Source: Dicyema japonicum
Lineage: Eukaryota > Animalia > Dicyemida
Reading direction: 5' to 3'
Assembly (NCBI GenBank): GCA_011109175.1
Contig: RDEW01000003.1
Location: 1,099,071-1,163,070, forward strand
Length of the DNA stretch: 64,000 nt
The position numbers and the translations under genes are program-made. Each line of letters begins with the position of its first letter. Position 1 is the stretch's first letter. The notes under the pieces are model-generated. The model was given only the letters and a program-made list of their open reading frames with translations. It searched no databases and was not told the DNA's origin. Of this stretch, positions 12,414 to 25,474 are shown one piece after another.

Positions 12414-14374
12414 AAAGTATTTTTTATGTTAGTTTTTAGAAAATTCAGAAACACCGTTGATTCCTAATCTCTTCCACGGAGACGCGGAAAAAGTCGTAAA
12501 GAAGAGGACCGACTTTCAACAAAGAGTAGTTTTAAATTTTATTTTTTGAATATGGTCAACAATCTCTTTAAGGAGATAAACCAATCCTTCACGCCTCTCC
12601 AGGCTGAATCTGTTGGGTCTTCTTTTACTATCCACCTTGAAGGTTTGCCTTAATTTGTAGTCTGAAGATGTCAACTCATTCTGGACGATTGACTGCAAAA
12701 CTGAAAACCCAGTCTTTTACCGAATACAGAACAATTTGAGCTTTGATGACTCTCATTGTAGGCTCATTATGACAACGAGCACTCTGAGGGAGATTGTTAA
12801 TAAGACACTGACTCCGGAGTCGGTCGCTATAAGCAGGAAAATACGAGTTATTGGCAATAATTTTACTTGCATTCGGGCACGTGAGTTTCTTTTTAATTTT
12901 GATACTTTTGGGAGATAAATTTATTTTTATTCTGACTTTTTTACTTTTTGGGAGATAAAATTTGTTTATTCTGACGGTGGAGGTTGAGTCGATTAACGTC
13001 TATTTAAGGTATATCCTGTCTTCACGGTCGGAGTGAGACGCATCCTGCCCAAGCGTCACGTCTATCCTTGTCCGCCATTGTTGGAACCCTTTCACTGGAG
13101 CAGAGAAGAGAGATCCTTTTTCCTCAGATGGGGGTCAACTGACGTCTCCTAGAAGCTGAAGAAGGCACAGAGCAGAATGGAATCTTTTGACGAGGTAGTT
13201 GTATGAGAATCTGACCCGCAGCTATCTGCGAAGGCACTAATCGATAGGCTTCCTGGCTGAATTCTTGCTTTTGGCACGTGGTGAATCAATCCTTTAGTAA
13301 GAACGTCTGGGGAATAATGACTTAATTAATAATTATTTTGTTCCTCTTCACGGTAAACTTGTTTTTTCAGGAAAATTTGTGCCAGAGGACACCGAACCCA
13401 AAACATAGTGTATTCAACGTTTCCTCGTTCCGAAGCTTTGTATATCCGATCTCTTTTATCCCATCGTTTTGCTATATATTCTAATTTACCCACGTGGACG
13501 CAAAAACAGGGCCGAGACTCTTTAAAAAAAGCGCAAAAGTCTCGGTGGATAATTCATTGGAAACGGGTCACTAACTTTGATAAATCTTATCGTGAAGAGA
13601 AGAAAGATAAGCGATAGAGTAGAGGGCTTATTGACCGCATTTCCTTACAAATCGTAGGGGGAGATGCTTTTCAATTTTGAGAACAGCCACACTTATTTGA
13701 AAGATTGCTTACATCTTGATAAGCCCAGCACAAACAGTCACAACTAATTAATCCAAAAAAAGAACCCAAGGGAGAACGTCTGATCAAATCCAGCCCCCAA
13801 TAGTCCATTACAGGCTTCCACTTCAGAATAGAGGTGGAGAAGTTAATCCCCCTTTTCTATTTTCATCACACGTCCTACCGTCGTGGATATCACTTCATTC
13901 TTCGGCGGAATAGTTTTCATAATGTAATCTTCACTAGAGGATTTGGTCAAGAAGGTAGGAAGATCCCTTTCAACTACTGGGTCGTGCCAGATATGCTTAT
14001 TTTTAAGAATTAAAGGGAATACAAAAAAGGGAATACATCCAGTCAGTCGTGCCTGAGAAACTCTCGAAAGTAAGGTCATCGAACAGGGGATTAAGGTCAT
14101 AGAGAATGAATTCTATATTTCTAACAAACTTTTGGAATCAAATGTGAGTATTATGAGGATGTGACATTGGAAGCGGGTAGAGGAGAGGTGACTGATTCGA
14201 ATGAGGACGCCACATTGGAAGGAGTAAAGGAGAAATGACTGATTCGTATAAGGACAGAGGGAATGAAGATTGATTGACAGTTAACTGCTGGACTTTAGAA
14301 CGATTTTATTGTTATAAATAAATGTTTTTTTAATTTGTTAACTGCTCTAAGAAGAAGAAGAGTGATTTCCAACA

Positions 14375-14510
14375 GTTAATTAGTAAGTTTATAACCCCGG
14401 TCTCACTCACTTGTAGGAGACCAATGGCTATTAAGTAGGACGTAGCATAGATCGTTCAACTTCCACATGGTAGAGGAACAGCCTACTAGTAGTCCCGGAC
14501 CTTCAAAAAA
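14375..14510 (-). mobile_element. Short 3' end of the TAAC-tailed LINE family; further copies at 21260-21400 (-) and 30250-30365 (+)
   Basis: Shared CCCCGG.CTCACT.ACTT.TAGGAGACCA..GGCTATTAAGTAG block next to TTAG/TAAC repeats. Confidence 0.6.
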
Positions 14511-15376
14511 CTATTTTTCCCTAAAGATGAAAAATCAAATTTAAATGGTGCTTGTGATTGCTTTAAGGCCATGTAGGTCCAGATGCTTCAAATGGACAAT
14601 CCGTTTTAGCTTTTTGGTTGGAGAGTTTTTTAGAGTTTTGATTAGGTTTTCGACATAAGTGGTGCTTTTAAAATATGTTTCCCGTGAAGTAATTTCCGTT
14701 TGGTCATTATTAATGAGTGCCAGGCGACATCCTGTGAAGCGGAGAGGTCATTTTCGAGTTTTCACAAAATTTAACGAAAATAGAAATTTCCTATCCAAAA
14801 ATATAAAATATTATTAATTTTGTGTTTTAACGAATAAAAATTAAATTAACTTTCCATTTTTAGGTCAGCTTTTTAGGTTGATTTAATTCACTTTAAGATC
14901 TAAGAGGAACTTTACGGTTGCCATATTAATTTCCCTTCTCGACTATTCCCCAGTACTTGGCCACGCGTCAATCCGGAGCGATAGGTCCGATTTTATGACT
15001 CTGCGACTCCAAACCCGGTCGTTTCTATCAATCAACGTTAGAAGCCGCCAAAACGCGTAAATTGAGGAAAAAATCTGATGAAAGAGGAGTGTCGTGGATT
15101 CAGAATCTGTGGTATTATGGAACTTTTCCGTCTTTCCTATGTTCCCGGGGTTATAATACAACGAGGATAACCCCAGGAAACGCCGAGAAAAAGGCAATAG
15201 TAACCAAACTAATTTTGTGACCCTGGTCCATTAATACTATCAAATCAATTTTTACCTGAGAAATTAGTTATTTGATATTTTCATAAATTATTAATAAATA
15301 TAGTAAATTTTAAAATTTTATTAAATTTCATAAATTTGCTAATAAATTGTTATAATAAATTGTGCTATATTTAATT

Positions 15377-15858
15377 ATGTCAAATGTAGAACAATCAATT
15401 TATCATTTTAAACATCGTCCTCTCATAATACAGATTTGTCAAATTGTAGTGATTATTTGAATGGTGTAGTTTTTCGTCAGTATCATCATATGTTCTACAA
15501 TTAACGGTTGCTTTATAAAGAAAGGTGGAGGATTTATCCAGTTTGTTTCTATGTTTTCCGTGATGACAACAATTTTTTATATTCGAATTTACCGTTTAAA
15601 ATACATCAGCCGACTCAAAGGAAAACGTTTATTTTTAGAGGAGATTATTGCACAGAGTTTAATGGCTGTATTATATTTGATCTGTTCAGTCATTGCTTGT
15701 CTGTCCACCTACACAATAATTTATCGTCGGTCATCCGTTATTTCCACTGCGGTAACTTAAATGTGCTATTTTAGGTATTTTGTACTTTTGTTACACTTTT
15801 GAAGACTGTCTTAATCATTTATCTATCAAGGATTATAGGGGAGCGTCGTCTAATCTAA
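15377..15858 (+). CDS. MARVEL-domain (CMTM/CKLF-like) four-TM protein
   Basis: Spliced through 24- and 23-nt introns into one stop-free ORF with four hydrophobic segments: IIQICQIFFVSIIIC; GGGFIQFVSMFSVMTTIFY; SLMAVLYLICSVIACL; VISTAVFCTFVTLL. Confidence 0.6.
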
Positions 15859-16399
15859 CACTAATAACACTTGGTAATTTGAATAAAATTTGGCCTTTTA
15901 TTGCTGTCTATAAGACGATTAACGGAAATCTGTTCGATAACTACGACTTCTAGGAACTGAGAGATTCCCTAAGAGTTTTCCTTCAACCGATTTTCTGTAA
16001 AAAACGTTGTTGAATTACGAGAACATCCGGGATCTCTTTAAATAAAACGTTGGTTCATTAAAGCCCTGTATTTTTTCCTTCAAAGTTCTTAATGACTTCC
16101 CCGAGATCCTAGGTTATTTATGTGGACGAACTGTGCAATTAATGCGGGAATTTCATGAATAAAATCAATGAATACACAAAAAACCAATGACCCGGAACAA
16201 TATTATAAGATTTGTTTCCGAAAATCTCAATCACTTTTATTATATTTTACACTAAGAATTGTAACACTGACGTTTTTCCTTGAAAACGTGGCCCAGTTTT
16301 CATAACAGCACTAATCCACAATAAGAGATAAAGAAATGGACAAGGACCGGGTGGTTAGTGCTGTTTCTTGAGTCGTATTTAACTTGGGACAAATACAGT

Positions 16400-16800
16400 T
16401 TATTAAAAAACAAAACACAAAATCAATCAAAAGTGGTCCCCGCCTACATAATCGACGTTGAGTTGCCCCTCGCGATCGCAACAGAGATCAACTGGAGAAG
16501 CCACAGAGTCTCACGTGCGTCTTGGCTTTCAACGTTGCTAACTATTTGGTCGAAAGATTTTCTTTCTGCTCTTTGCTTTCTAGATCCACCAAAATCAGGA
16601 GACGCCCAATGCCTGACCGACATCCAAAAAAGACCTCTCTTCCCTACTCTAGTGAAAGGGTGGCCATAATAGCAAATACTTCAATTATTGATTTTTTAGA
16701 ATGTGTCAACCATCTTAATTTATTGGAGCGTACACAGGGTCTAGCTTTTGCGGATGGCCTGTCGCGAGTAACGCTGGCTCAGGAGAGTTTGATTTGCCTT
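16400..16800 (+). mobile_element. I-group-like LINE C-terminal remnants
   Basis: VELPLAIAT..., RVTLAQ (cf. LPR.TR.TLAQLRSG) and SGDAQCL segments shared with other copies. Confidence 0.45.
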
Positions 16801-17155
16801 ATATAATTATAAAATTGAGAAAAGGGCAAACGTTGCTCATTAGGGAATGAGAGAAGACATTTAGCGAAATTGAGCTATCACCAGTTATGCTTACTGACCA
16901 GTCAGGGTAACTGGGGAGCATTGACACAAAAGACATAATGAATCAAGGGATTTATATGAGTGTCTTAACGACAGTCCGGAGACAGCCAGGGGCGCTCGTG
17001 AAGGAGGATTAAACGGGCAAAGGATTATGCTCCCGCTATGGATTTAATAACGTCCACTCTTAGTCACTTAGAGGTAATCCCAGGCATGATCCTATCCAAC
17101 ACGATAAATCAAATATTAAATGAGAAAACAAATCAATTAAATCAAAGTAAACGAG

Positions 17156-17517
17156 TTAACCGAAGAAATCAAAATCAGGTTCTAAGAATTATAATAAATT
17201 GTTGGTACCGTCTGAGTCAGACTCCTCTTCCTCCACTTTCTCAGGTTTCTTCACTTCTACTGGATTTTCCACGACAGGTGCAGCGATTGAAGATCCAACA
17301 GGGACAGGAGCGGCAGAGACAGAAACGGAGGAAAGCATGGACGATCCCTTACAAGCCAAATCATTGAAGTTGTTCCCTTTGGTAAGGAAACGAAGTGGTT
17401 CAAATTATCCACATCGACCTCCCCTCCAGCGGCAGTTATAATCGCTGAAATATCTTCGACTGAGGGGCTTTCATTCCCACCAAGTTGAGCCAAGGCGTAT
17501 GCAGCAATGTAACGCAT
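17156..17517 (-). CDS. RPLP2: 60S acidic ribosomal protein P2 (one apparent 1-bp frameshift near 17383)
   Basis: MRYIAAYALAQLGGNESPSVEDISAIITAAGGEVD...KGNNFNDLACKG...KKPEKVEEEESDSD|EPDFDFFG*; 27-nt intron at 17182-17208. Confidence 0.92.
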
Positions 17518-17624
17518 CAAGAACTATAAATAATCACGTTTTTAATTTAAATTAAATGTTAAAAAATAACTTATTAATTTAATATATATTTTAAAATATT
17601 TTAATTTTTTTAGAAGTCATATTG

Positions 17625-17845
17625 AGTGCTTTGGCTTGACGAGTGACGCTGTCATCAGTGAACATCTCATTGCAGAACTGGAATGTCTTCAAAAGGACTC
17701 ACACCCAACAAGAAGTTAGAACATTCCTTAGTTCTTGCTCTACGATAAGTTATCATAGATGTTCTTGACTTAAAAGTAAAGTGTCTCCTGCCTGGAAGGA
17801 GCGATAGCTAATATGGCTTTTCTTAAAGTGTAGTATTATTATATT
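17625..17845 (+). mobile_element. SINE copy, 5'-truncated
   Basis: Core TTGACGAGTGACGCTGTCATCAGTGAAC and tail GGAGCGATAGCTAATATGGCT, homologous to 63191-63506. Confidence 0.8.
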
Positions 17846-18015
17846 GATAGTACGTTCTTATCAATGACTTGTTTTTTATTGTTTAGTATTTAAATAACAC
17901 GTGTCACTGTGTTTAGATTGTTACTAATTTAACGGTCATATATGAGCTGGGTCGATAATTAAAATTATTAATTAAAAATATGATTGATAGAAAATATGGA
18001 AATAATGACTCGCAA

Positions 18016-18325
18016 GGACTTAAGGCGCAGTGTAGCGAGTGCCGAGGAAGAGGCCTGATGGCCCCTAGTTCGAATTTCGCTGTTGTACATTTCGGTTGAA
18101 GGTTCCAAGCATCTACGATATTTTGGCTTGACGAGTGACGCCGTCATCAGTGAACATTTCACTGCGAAACAGGATCGTCTATAAAGGACATATATCAAAG
18201 AAAAAGAAGTGTAGAGCATTCTCAGGTTCTCCCTTCACGATTAGCTATAATAACTGTTCTTTACTTAAATAAAGTGTGTGTCCTTCCTGGAAGGAGAAAT
18301 AGCTAATATGGCTATGCGTATAAGT
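18016..18325 (+). mobile_element. tRNA-derived SINE, near full length
   Basis: A-box-like GGCGCAGTGTAG, B-box GTTCGAATTTC, core GACGAGTGACGCCGTCATCAGTGAA, tail GGAGAAATAGCTAATATGGCT. Confidence 0.8.
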
Positions 18326-19100
18326 ACATATGATCTGTTCCCACATGAGAACAGGATAAAACCTCTTTTAGGTACCTCCAGACTTATTAAAAAGGTAATT
18401 TCTTGTCTAGGTCTCTTCACTATCTATTCTACCTGTTTTTTCCATGTAACTTTCCTCATCACACATCTCTGCAGTTCATCTCGGTCATCCGCTGTTCTCA
18501 TTTTCCTTACCAATATGAGGATAATCTCGATCTGGACAAAGAGGATGCGTAGTTCTCTGCCGTCCACTAAAGCCCCCAATCAAATCCTGATCTTACATGC
18601 ATCCGACACTTCCTTTGTTAAGAACTTATGTTTCCGATGTTTCCAACGACTCTCACTGTCTATGATAACGAGAAACAAAGCAAAAAAATAAGCAGTTACT
18701 GTAATAGAGACGTCAATAACCAAGACAGGAAAGAGGTAATCATGCTTGCCGTTGTTGTGAAGGTATAGGACTTAACGACGAGGCCGATTGTTTGATTTTC
18801 ATAACATAGCCTTGTAAAGAGGACTCGAATTTTACGAAATAAATACGTTTCACTTCCATTAATGTTCGGCGGTAGAAATCGGAGAACCTGTCGCAATAAG
18901 TCCTTGTTGTTCCATTCGATCTTGAGTTAAGCAGTAATGACAGTCATTTCAATCATCATTTTTTTATGATGAAAACACAAACAAAGTCAAATAAAAACAG
19001 TAAATCACGTCCCACGTGAGAGTATAATTATATAAATAAAAGTATGAAATAACGATGTAGAGATAATCAAATTTTTAGATGTTTTAGAATCTAAAAAAAA

Positions 19101-19172
19101 CTCCCCCGCTGGGAATCGAACCCAGGTCACCGCGATGACAACGCGGTATACTAACCACTATACTACAGGGGA
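19101..19172 (-). tRNA. trnD-GUC: tRNA-Asp(GTC)
   Basis: TCCCCTGTAGTATAGTGGTTAGTATACCGCGTTGTCATCGCGGTGACCTGGGTTCGATTCCCAGCGGGGGAG folds as a cloverleaf with G73 and is followed by a poly-T terminator. Confidence 0.95.
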
Positions 19173-21436
19173 CATTTTCTACGTTTGCCTATTACTCAAC
19201 AACAATTACTAACGAGGGCTGAAATCCTTTGTTGTCCACAACAGATCCACAACGGCATGGATTAGACTCCCACATATTGATTCCAAGACGAATCAATTTT
19301 ATTTCAGAGGGTCCTGTTCAGATGAGAACCAATTGAAGATGATGGAAACGCTTTCAGCCAAGCATCACTGTGAGTGGAAAGAAGCAGACAGAATGTAAGC
19401 ACGGCGGTATAAGTCGTTTGTTTTCATAAGGGACGAATGAGTATTCTTATACATAATGTTGGTCTAGTTTCAGTCTGTGTGTATCAATAGGGGTTTCTCC
19501 AAAAACCACCCACCAACTTTGCAATTTTGTCTTCCAGAACGGATTTGCAGAAATCTGGAAGAATAGTCCGGATGAGAAATGTGTTGCTTGATAATAAACA
19601 GGAAGGATGGAGCGGAAACGTCCATAACAGAAGTTGGGCCGATGCCTCAAAGTCTGATGGTTTACAAATGTGTGCGTCAATCCAATGTTATCGAATTTAT
19701 ATTCACAATTTCTTCAATAGACTTGGCGGTAAGAATGTTGAAATTCTCCAGGTTTTCCGGAACGAGGTAGCAAGTAGAGGAACTCCCAAAAGCATTATTC
19801 TTGGAAGGAAAGGATAATTCTTCATTAGAAAAAAGTAGTATGTGGATCAAGCTCGTGCAGTTGAAACGGTGGCTCCACTAATCTCCGATAGTCTCTTATT
19901 AAGAATATGGTTGATAATCTCCGTGGAAATGGGTGAGCCCAATATCACAAGGTGTTCCACACCGATATAGCATCATCGGAGAGAAAAGACATGGTCCTGT
20001 ATAGTGATTTAGAAAATTCATTTATGCAAGAGTCCCAGGTTACAAATTTCAGATTTACGCTCATTAATCTCGAGTCCATAACTGCTACTAAAATTATATT
20101 TTTGAAATATTAAAGAATGATCAAAAAAGTATGATCAATATTGATTGAAAGATAAGTGTCTCTTACGTCATCAGATGGACAGAATATAATGATTGCCATA
20201 TCCGAGAGTTTGTGGGACTTAACCATAGAATGGGAGAGGCAGGATCAGAGGAGGAGTATTGGTTTAAAGAGGCGGGAATTATTGACCTAAAAACTAAAAA
20301 TTAGTAATGAACATTTTTTGCAAAAATTATGTCATAAAATGAAAGAACATGTTTTTTGAGTATGCACTCAATTCTTGAAATAGTAAAATCTGTTCGATGG
20401 TAAATTCCATACATTGATGTCCGAGCAACCATGAAGAGTTTGGTGAAATCCAGATGAGTGTCTTTAAAGATAAGGATCCTCATTAACCAGAAGTACCAAA
20501 TTACAGAGATAGTATAAATGAGTTTTACTCCCAAATTAATCAAGTGATATCAATCCCTCGCAACGAAGGAAGAGCGAGTGGGTCCCACCTATGGAAGTTA
20601 AACCTGATAAACAGAAATAGCAACTCCACAATCACAGAGCTTATCGGACGAAAGGAAATCAAAGATATAGTAATGAAATGGGGGATAAAAAGACTAGGGC
20701 CGTAACCTTGATGAAACGGGACATAGCACTTTTTCGTTACAGCTCGCCTTCTGAGTATTCCTCGCACGGGATTAAACTTTTAGATCTCAGGGAACGTCCG
20801 TAATTGATAGTTACGCTTTTATTAGCTACCGGTTTCCTCGTAGGGACCGGAGGTAAATAAATATTCAGGAGAATTGGCTTATATTAAAAAATGACATAAA
20901 GATTTGGGGAAAATACTTAGAAATCCACGAATATATAATTGGCGTTTTGAACTCAATCTGAGATATTTTTATCGAAAATAGAACGAAAAAAGCATAGAGT
21001 TCTTTTAAAAAATCGAGTACCTTTTATTTAGGGAAAATATTTTGAAGCATCCACGCCGTATTCATCTAGATGATTTAGGGAGCCTTTTACGCTGTGACCA
21101 AGGATTTCTATTTCCATCGCTAGCTTGCTTGTGGTCAACGAAAAAACACTGAGCCAAGTTGAGAATTCTAGTGGGACATGTCGAAAACGCATGTTAATCT
21201 GTATTTTACATGTGGTCTTTTTGAGCAAAGTCATAGAATGTGATTTGCAAACGCTTCCTACTAGTTAGTTAAGTTACCCCGGCCTCACTAACTTATAGGA
21301 GACCAGCGGCTATTAAGTAGTACGCAGCAAATGCCGGTCGCTCTCATTGGTCGGTCAGTCTTGCCATTGTAGACGAACAGCGTACTAATTCAGGACATGT
21401 CATTAAGGCAGACAAAAATTAATTAAATTATTTTAT

Positions 21437-23559
21437 AAGGAAAAAGGAAAAAGAATAGTTAATTTTAATTCAGCTGTTGGGAGATGCACAAGCTATTCCC
21501 ACGGACAACAGCCAACGAGAGCCTCTCCTTGAGCCATCTCGTCTCACGAAGATCACCAGTTTTGTCAGTTAGTAGTTTTCCCAAATGGTTCAGGAACTTC
21601 AGCGTTTTAAGGCCAAAGTTCCCCGAAGTTTCAATCGCGACAGGTGCGAAAATGTACCTGTCGCTGATATCCGAGTATTTAGCATTTTTTACTTCCTCTG
21701 CTTGAGAAGAAGGTCTGCCCGGTGAATAATTTTTTTTGCTTGGGGCGAAAGAGCAGACACAGGTCACATCCCATACAAGGTTTCGCCCTCGCTCAAAAGG
21801 AAAGGAGGTCATGCCGTCAGGGCGTCTTCCGTTGTCAAATAGACCAGTCGGTTCGATCCGGCAACGGAATCCAGCCGATTCTAATGCCCTCTTAATGATG
21901 CCGTTCATTGCCGAATGTCGAGAAGATCTGCCAATTCCGCTCCGGCATGAGAGGAGGTGGAGACCCAGTTCGTCCGATAGACAGCCACATTTGCACTTCG
22001 ATTTGGTGCAAACAGGCAATCCGAGGTGTAGACATACAGCTGTACGAAGTGAGTCATCATCCAACAATCCACCAACTTCTTGACATGGGTAAACCCCAAG
22101 CCAAGATCCATCAACCGCCTCCCTCGAATTTTGGAAACAATCCAGGCGATGTCCAGAGAGCCGGCTGACTAGGTTGGATGCCAGAGCATTCCATCTATGG
22201 ATCATCCAAGACGATTGTTGGTCTGGTTACGCGGCTCGCTAAGCCCTTCACTCGCCACACGTCCATGTATTCAACCAAGTCATTGGACAGTTTCCGAGAT
22301 GGAAGCTTTGAAAGAATTGAGTCCACTTGGTTTTTGCATGAAAGTTTTGAGGCAAAATACGCCGGGCCAGCAATTTGGCAGGGAGTAGTAAGACCGATTC
22401 CACCCAATGATATCGGTAATTGAGTCTGTATCCATCCAGGGGTGTCAAGAGAAACGTTAAGTACGAATTCAGTACATCTTTTGAGGCAATCAGAGTATTC
22501 CATTAAAAGGGAATCACACTTATAACATGGTGCAGTCCTTAGTAAATAGTTTAATCTTGGAATGGACAAGCAGTTTCTCAATAGGAAGAGGGCAATATGG
22601 TTGTCAACATGCCGCAAACGGGTCTCAAAAGTACCGAGCTCTATTGTCCTTTCTTTAAACACGTCCACAATTTGGTCTTCGAATATAGGAGAACCGAGGA
22701 ACAGAGACTCCCCAACTGGAACCGATGCATAATTTTCGAGAGTGTATTTAAACTGGTCATTGTAGAAAGTAGTCAGATCGGGACTCAAATTGATCTTGAT
22801 TAATTCACATTTGGCCTTGTTGACAGAAAGGCCAATCGCTTCGAATTCAGATATCAAACGACGCACGTCCTCCAAAACTGTATCTGGATGTCCACCAATG
22901 ATTCCGTCATCCAAATACCATAAATTTAAAGGTGATTTTAAGCATGCGGCTACCCTGGATCCCCAAAGCAAAGAGAAGAGGTCCAAGTGGGTCGCCTTGT
23001 TGAACACCAGTTCGTGATTTAATGATGGCATCGTGGAAAACCAATGATGATGGATTAGAATATGAAAGGCGAACAATCTCCCAAATATGTGGTAAATTTT
23101 TTTGGCATAACTCCAATAAATGATCTCTCCTTATGGAATTAAATGCGTTCTTAAGATCTACTTTGCAGACAACAACGTCCTCTTTGCATTCGGACGACGA
23201 CGTGAAGAAACTCCTCACTGCGTGGACACAAGCCTCTGCACCGCCACGAACTCCAACGCCCATCTGTATAGGACTGAAATAGGAAGTAATCTTTGAACCC
23301 CAGAAAAGCAAGCGACTTTAGCTGCAAGTCTCCTGAACACGTTTCCAATAGCAATCGGTCTGACACCGCCGTCAGGCTTTCGGAGAGCAACAAGATTAGC
23401 AGAAAATAACATATCTCGACCGAAAGGAGACAAACATCCAGAAAGAATTTTGTTGATCAGTTCGCAAATAACATTCGAAAGATCCTTTCCGACAGATCCC
23501 ATCATTGGAGCTGTGAGATCACGTAGGTGACCGGGTCTCAAGCCATCAATACCACCTCC
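21437..23559 (-). mobile_element. 5'-truncated CRE-clade non-LTR retrotransposon (RT + CCHC-like + REL endonuclease), three frameshifts
   Basis: RPIAIGNVFRRLAAK, DLKNAFNSIRR, GVQQGDPLGPLLF, LWYLDDG, CKCG..HLLSC..RH, RRPDG, FAPVAIETSG. Candidate 15-bp TSD ATTAAATTATTTTAT (21422-21436 and 23560-23574). Confidence 0.9.
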
Positions 23560-23654
23560 ATTAAATTATTTTATTAAATTAAATAAAAAATTAATTAAAT
23601 TATTTTATTAAATGTCAATTATTACAAAATTAGGTCAAGTCTAAGATGTTAATA

Positions 23655-25077
23655 TTACAGAGTTTGTAAAGCAGTGATTAGTTCCTCTGGGCGGGCAGAT
23701 TTTACGGATATTTGATAGATAATATTAAACAGAGGGAATCTAAGAGTGAAATCATTTCCTACCCGTCCAGTAATCCCTCCCTTGTCAGATATTCGTGTAT
23801 TTCTGCCGCCACCTGGGGTCCAGGCAATTTCTGACCGTTCATGAACTCCTTTTCAATTTCAGGAAAAGTCTAGATTATATATTTAGTACTTTTCCCGTAA
23901 GGACAAACTGTTCTGAGGCAGTCCGATTTCTCCCACCGTAACACGTGGTCACAAGATCCGCAATTCCACAGCTCTCTAGAAAAACGTCAGTTTGACTGCC
24001 TAAATTCATATTTCTTTAGGTTTCCAACCCCCGCCGAATATTCTGACAAATTTGATAATCTCGGTTAAGCCGATTCGAATGATAGCAGCCTTAGTGTTCC
24101 CCCCGTATTTCAGTCCGTCGGCAAACCCAGCTCCAAGGGCAACCAAATTCTAAAATAAAATAAATTTAAGCCTTTAGAGCTCCACAAAGTTCAACAGCGA
24201 TTCGGTCAGAGACCACATTAACTTTGAAATTTTTTGTATGAAACAGGGACTTCAAAATCTCTCCATTCTCCCTATGATCACATCCTTGAGTAGAGACATT
24301 AAACATACCTATAGTAGACTCAGCAAAGAGTCCCGTGGCAACTTCATTGGCCAAATTAGCCCCCATTAAGCAGTAGCAGTCAGTCCCCAATGTTTGTTGT
24401 ATTTCGTCTGAGAAGAAACTGATTTCCCCTTTTCCAGCATTGAAACCCTAAAAATTTAAATTATGTTTAAGTTAAAATATTAAAAATTGAAATAGTTTGT
24501 AATAATAAATAGCCACGTGGTCAGAGTAGTCGCTGTATGACCTTTTTGTTTATTTTATTTTATTACATTTTATAATAAAAAATAATAAATTAATTAAAAT
24601 CAATATACTGACGTGAAGTCAAGTAGATTACGTGCGTAAATAATAGTTTCTTAATCTTTTTTCTTTGTTAACCTTAATAAGTGAGACATTAATGACGCCT
24701 GGTTTTACATGAGGCTTAGCAGAGTTACAGAGACCCTTCAGAAACTGGTGGGGCATCACCCAAATCAATATGTCCGCATCACAAACCGTATTTCTGAGGT
24801 CAGGATCGGCAATCTTAGCTGATTTAAAAGAGAACATTACAATATTTGAAGGTAGTGTAATATCTGGTAAATATTTCACATTTTCATGCTTTTTGTTTAT
24901 AATTTCCGACAGTTTTTCACCACCAACCATTTCCTCATGGACATACATCTTTACTGTGTTGTCGAATAAGTCACTGTTGGTCACGGTTTGTCCAATTATT
25001 ACAGATATAGCACTTCCCCTGCTCAATTTTAAACAAAATTACCAATTCCCCGAACCAATTATTGCAACCTTAAGCAT
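23655..25077 (-). CDS. GPD1: NAD-dependent glycerol-3-phosphate dehydrogenase
   Basis: [12 protein letters not shown]|GSAI..., [28 protein letters not shown]|[38 protein letters not shown]. Introns of 20-27 nt plus one of about 230 nt. Confidence 0.95.
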
Positions 25078-25284
25078 TCTTAGTATTTGTTTTATTATAA
25101 ATTTAATTTAAATAATAATTGAATGTATAAAAATAATTTAATTTAAATAATATTTATTTTGAGACGCGTATACCGGCGTTTCATGTTAATCAATGGAGTG
25201 GCGCTTGGAATCATGATAATTGATCCCACACTAGTATTTTATTCAAAAACTCGAAAAATTTATAAATAAAAAATATAAGTAAAT

Positions 25285-25465
25285 AAAAATTTTGACTTTA
25301 TTGACCTAAAAATTAAATTTTGACCTTTTTTGACATTACGCAAAATTTTGACTTTTTTGACTTTATAATTTTGATTTATATAATATTTTTGATTAAAAAC
25401 TACATTTTTATAAGTTTTAATCAATTTTAATGAACACATCAATTTTTGACTTTATTGACAAAAAT
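25285..25465 (+). repeat. Cluster of about 9 TTTTGA(C/T) motifs upstream of GPD1
   Basis: Motif is visible repeatedly; TTTTGACTTTATTGAC occurs twice. Confidence 0.55.
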
Positions 25466-25474
25466 CACCCTATT

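Noticed and set aside
18120-18160. Hammerhead ribozyme in the SINE core (CTGATGA on the minus strand)
   Set aside because: No stem II closed by R-Y and no GAAA follows, so the catalytic core is incomplete.
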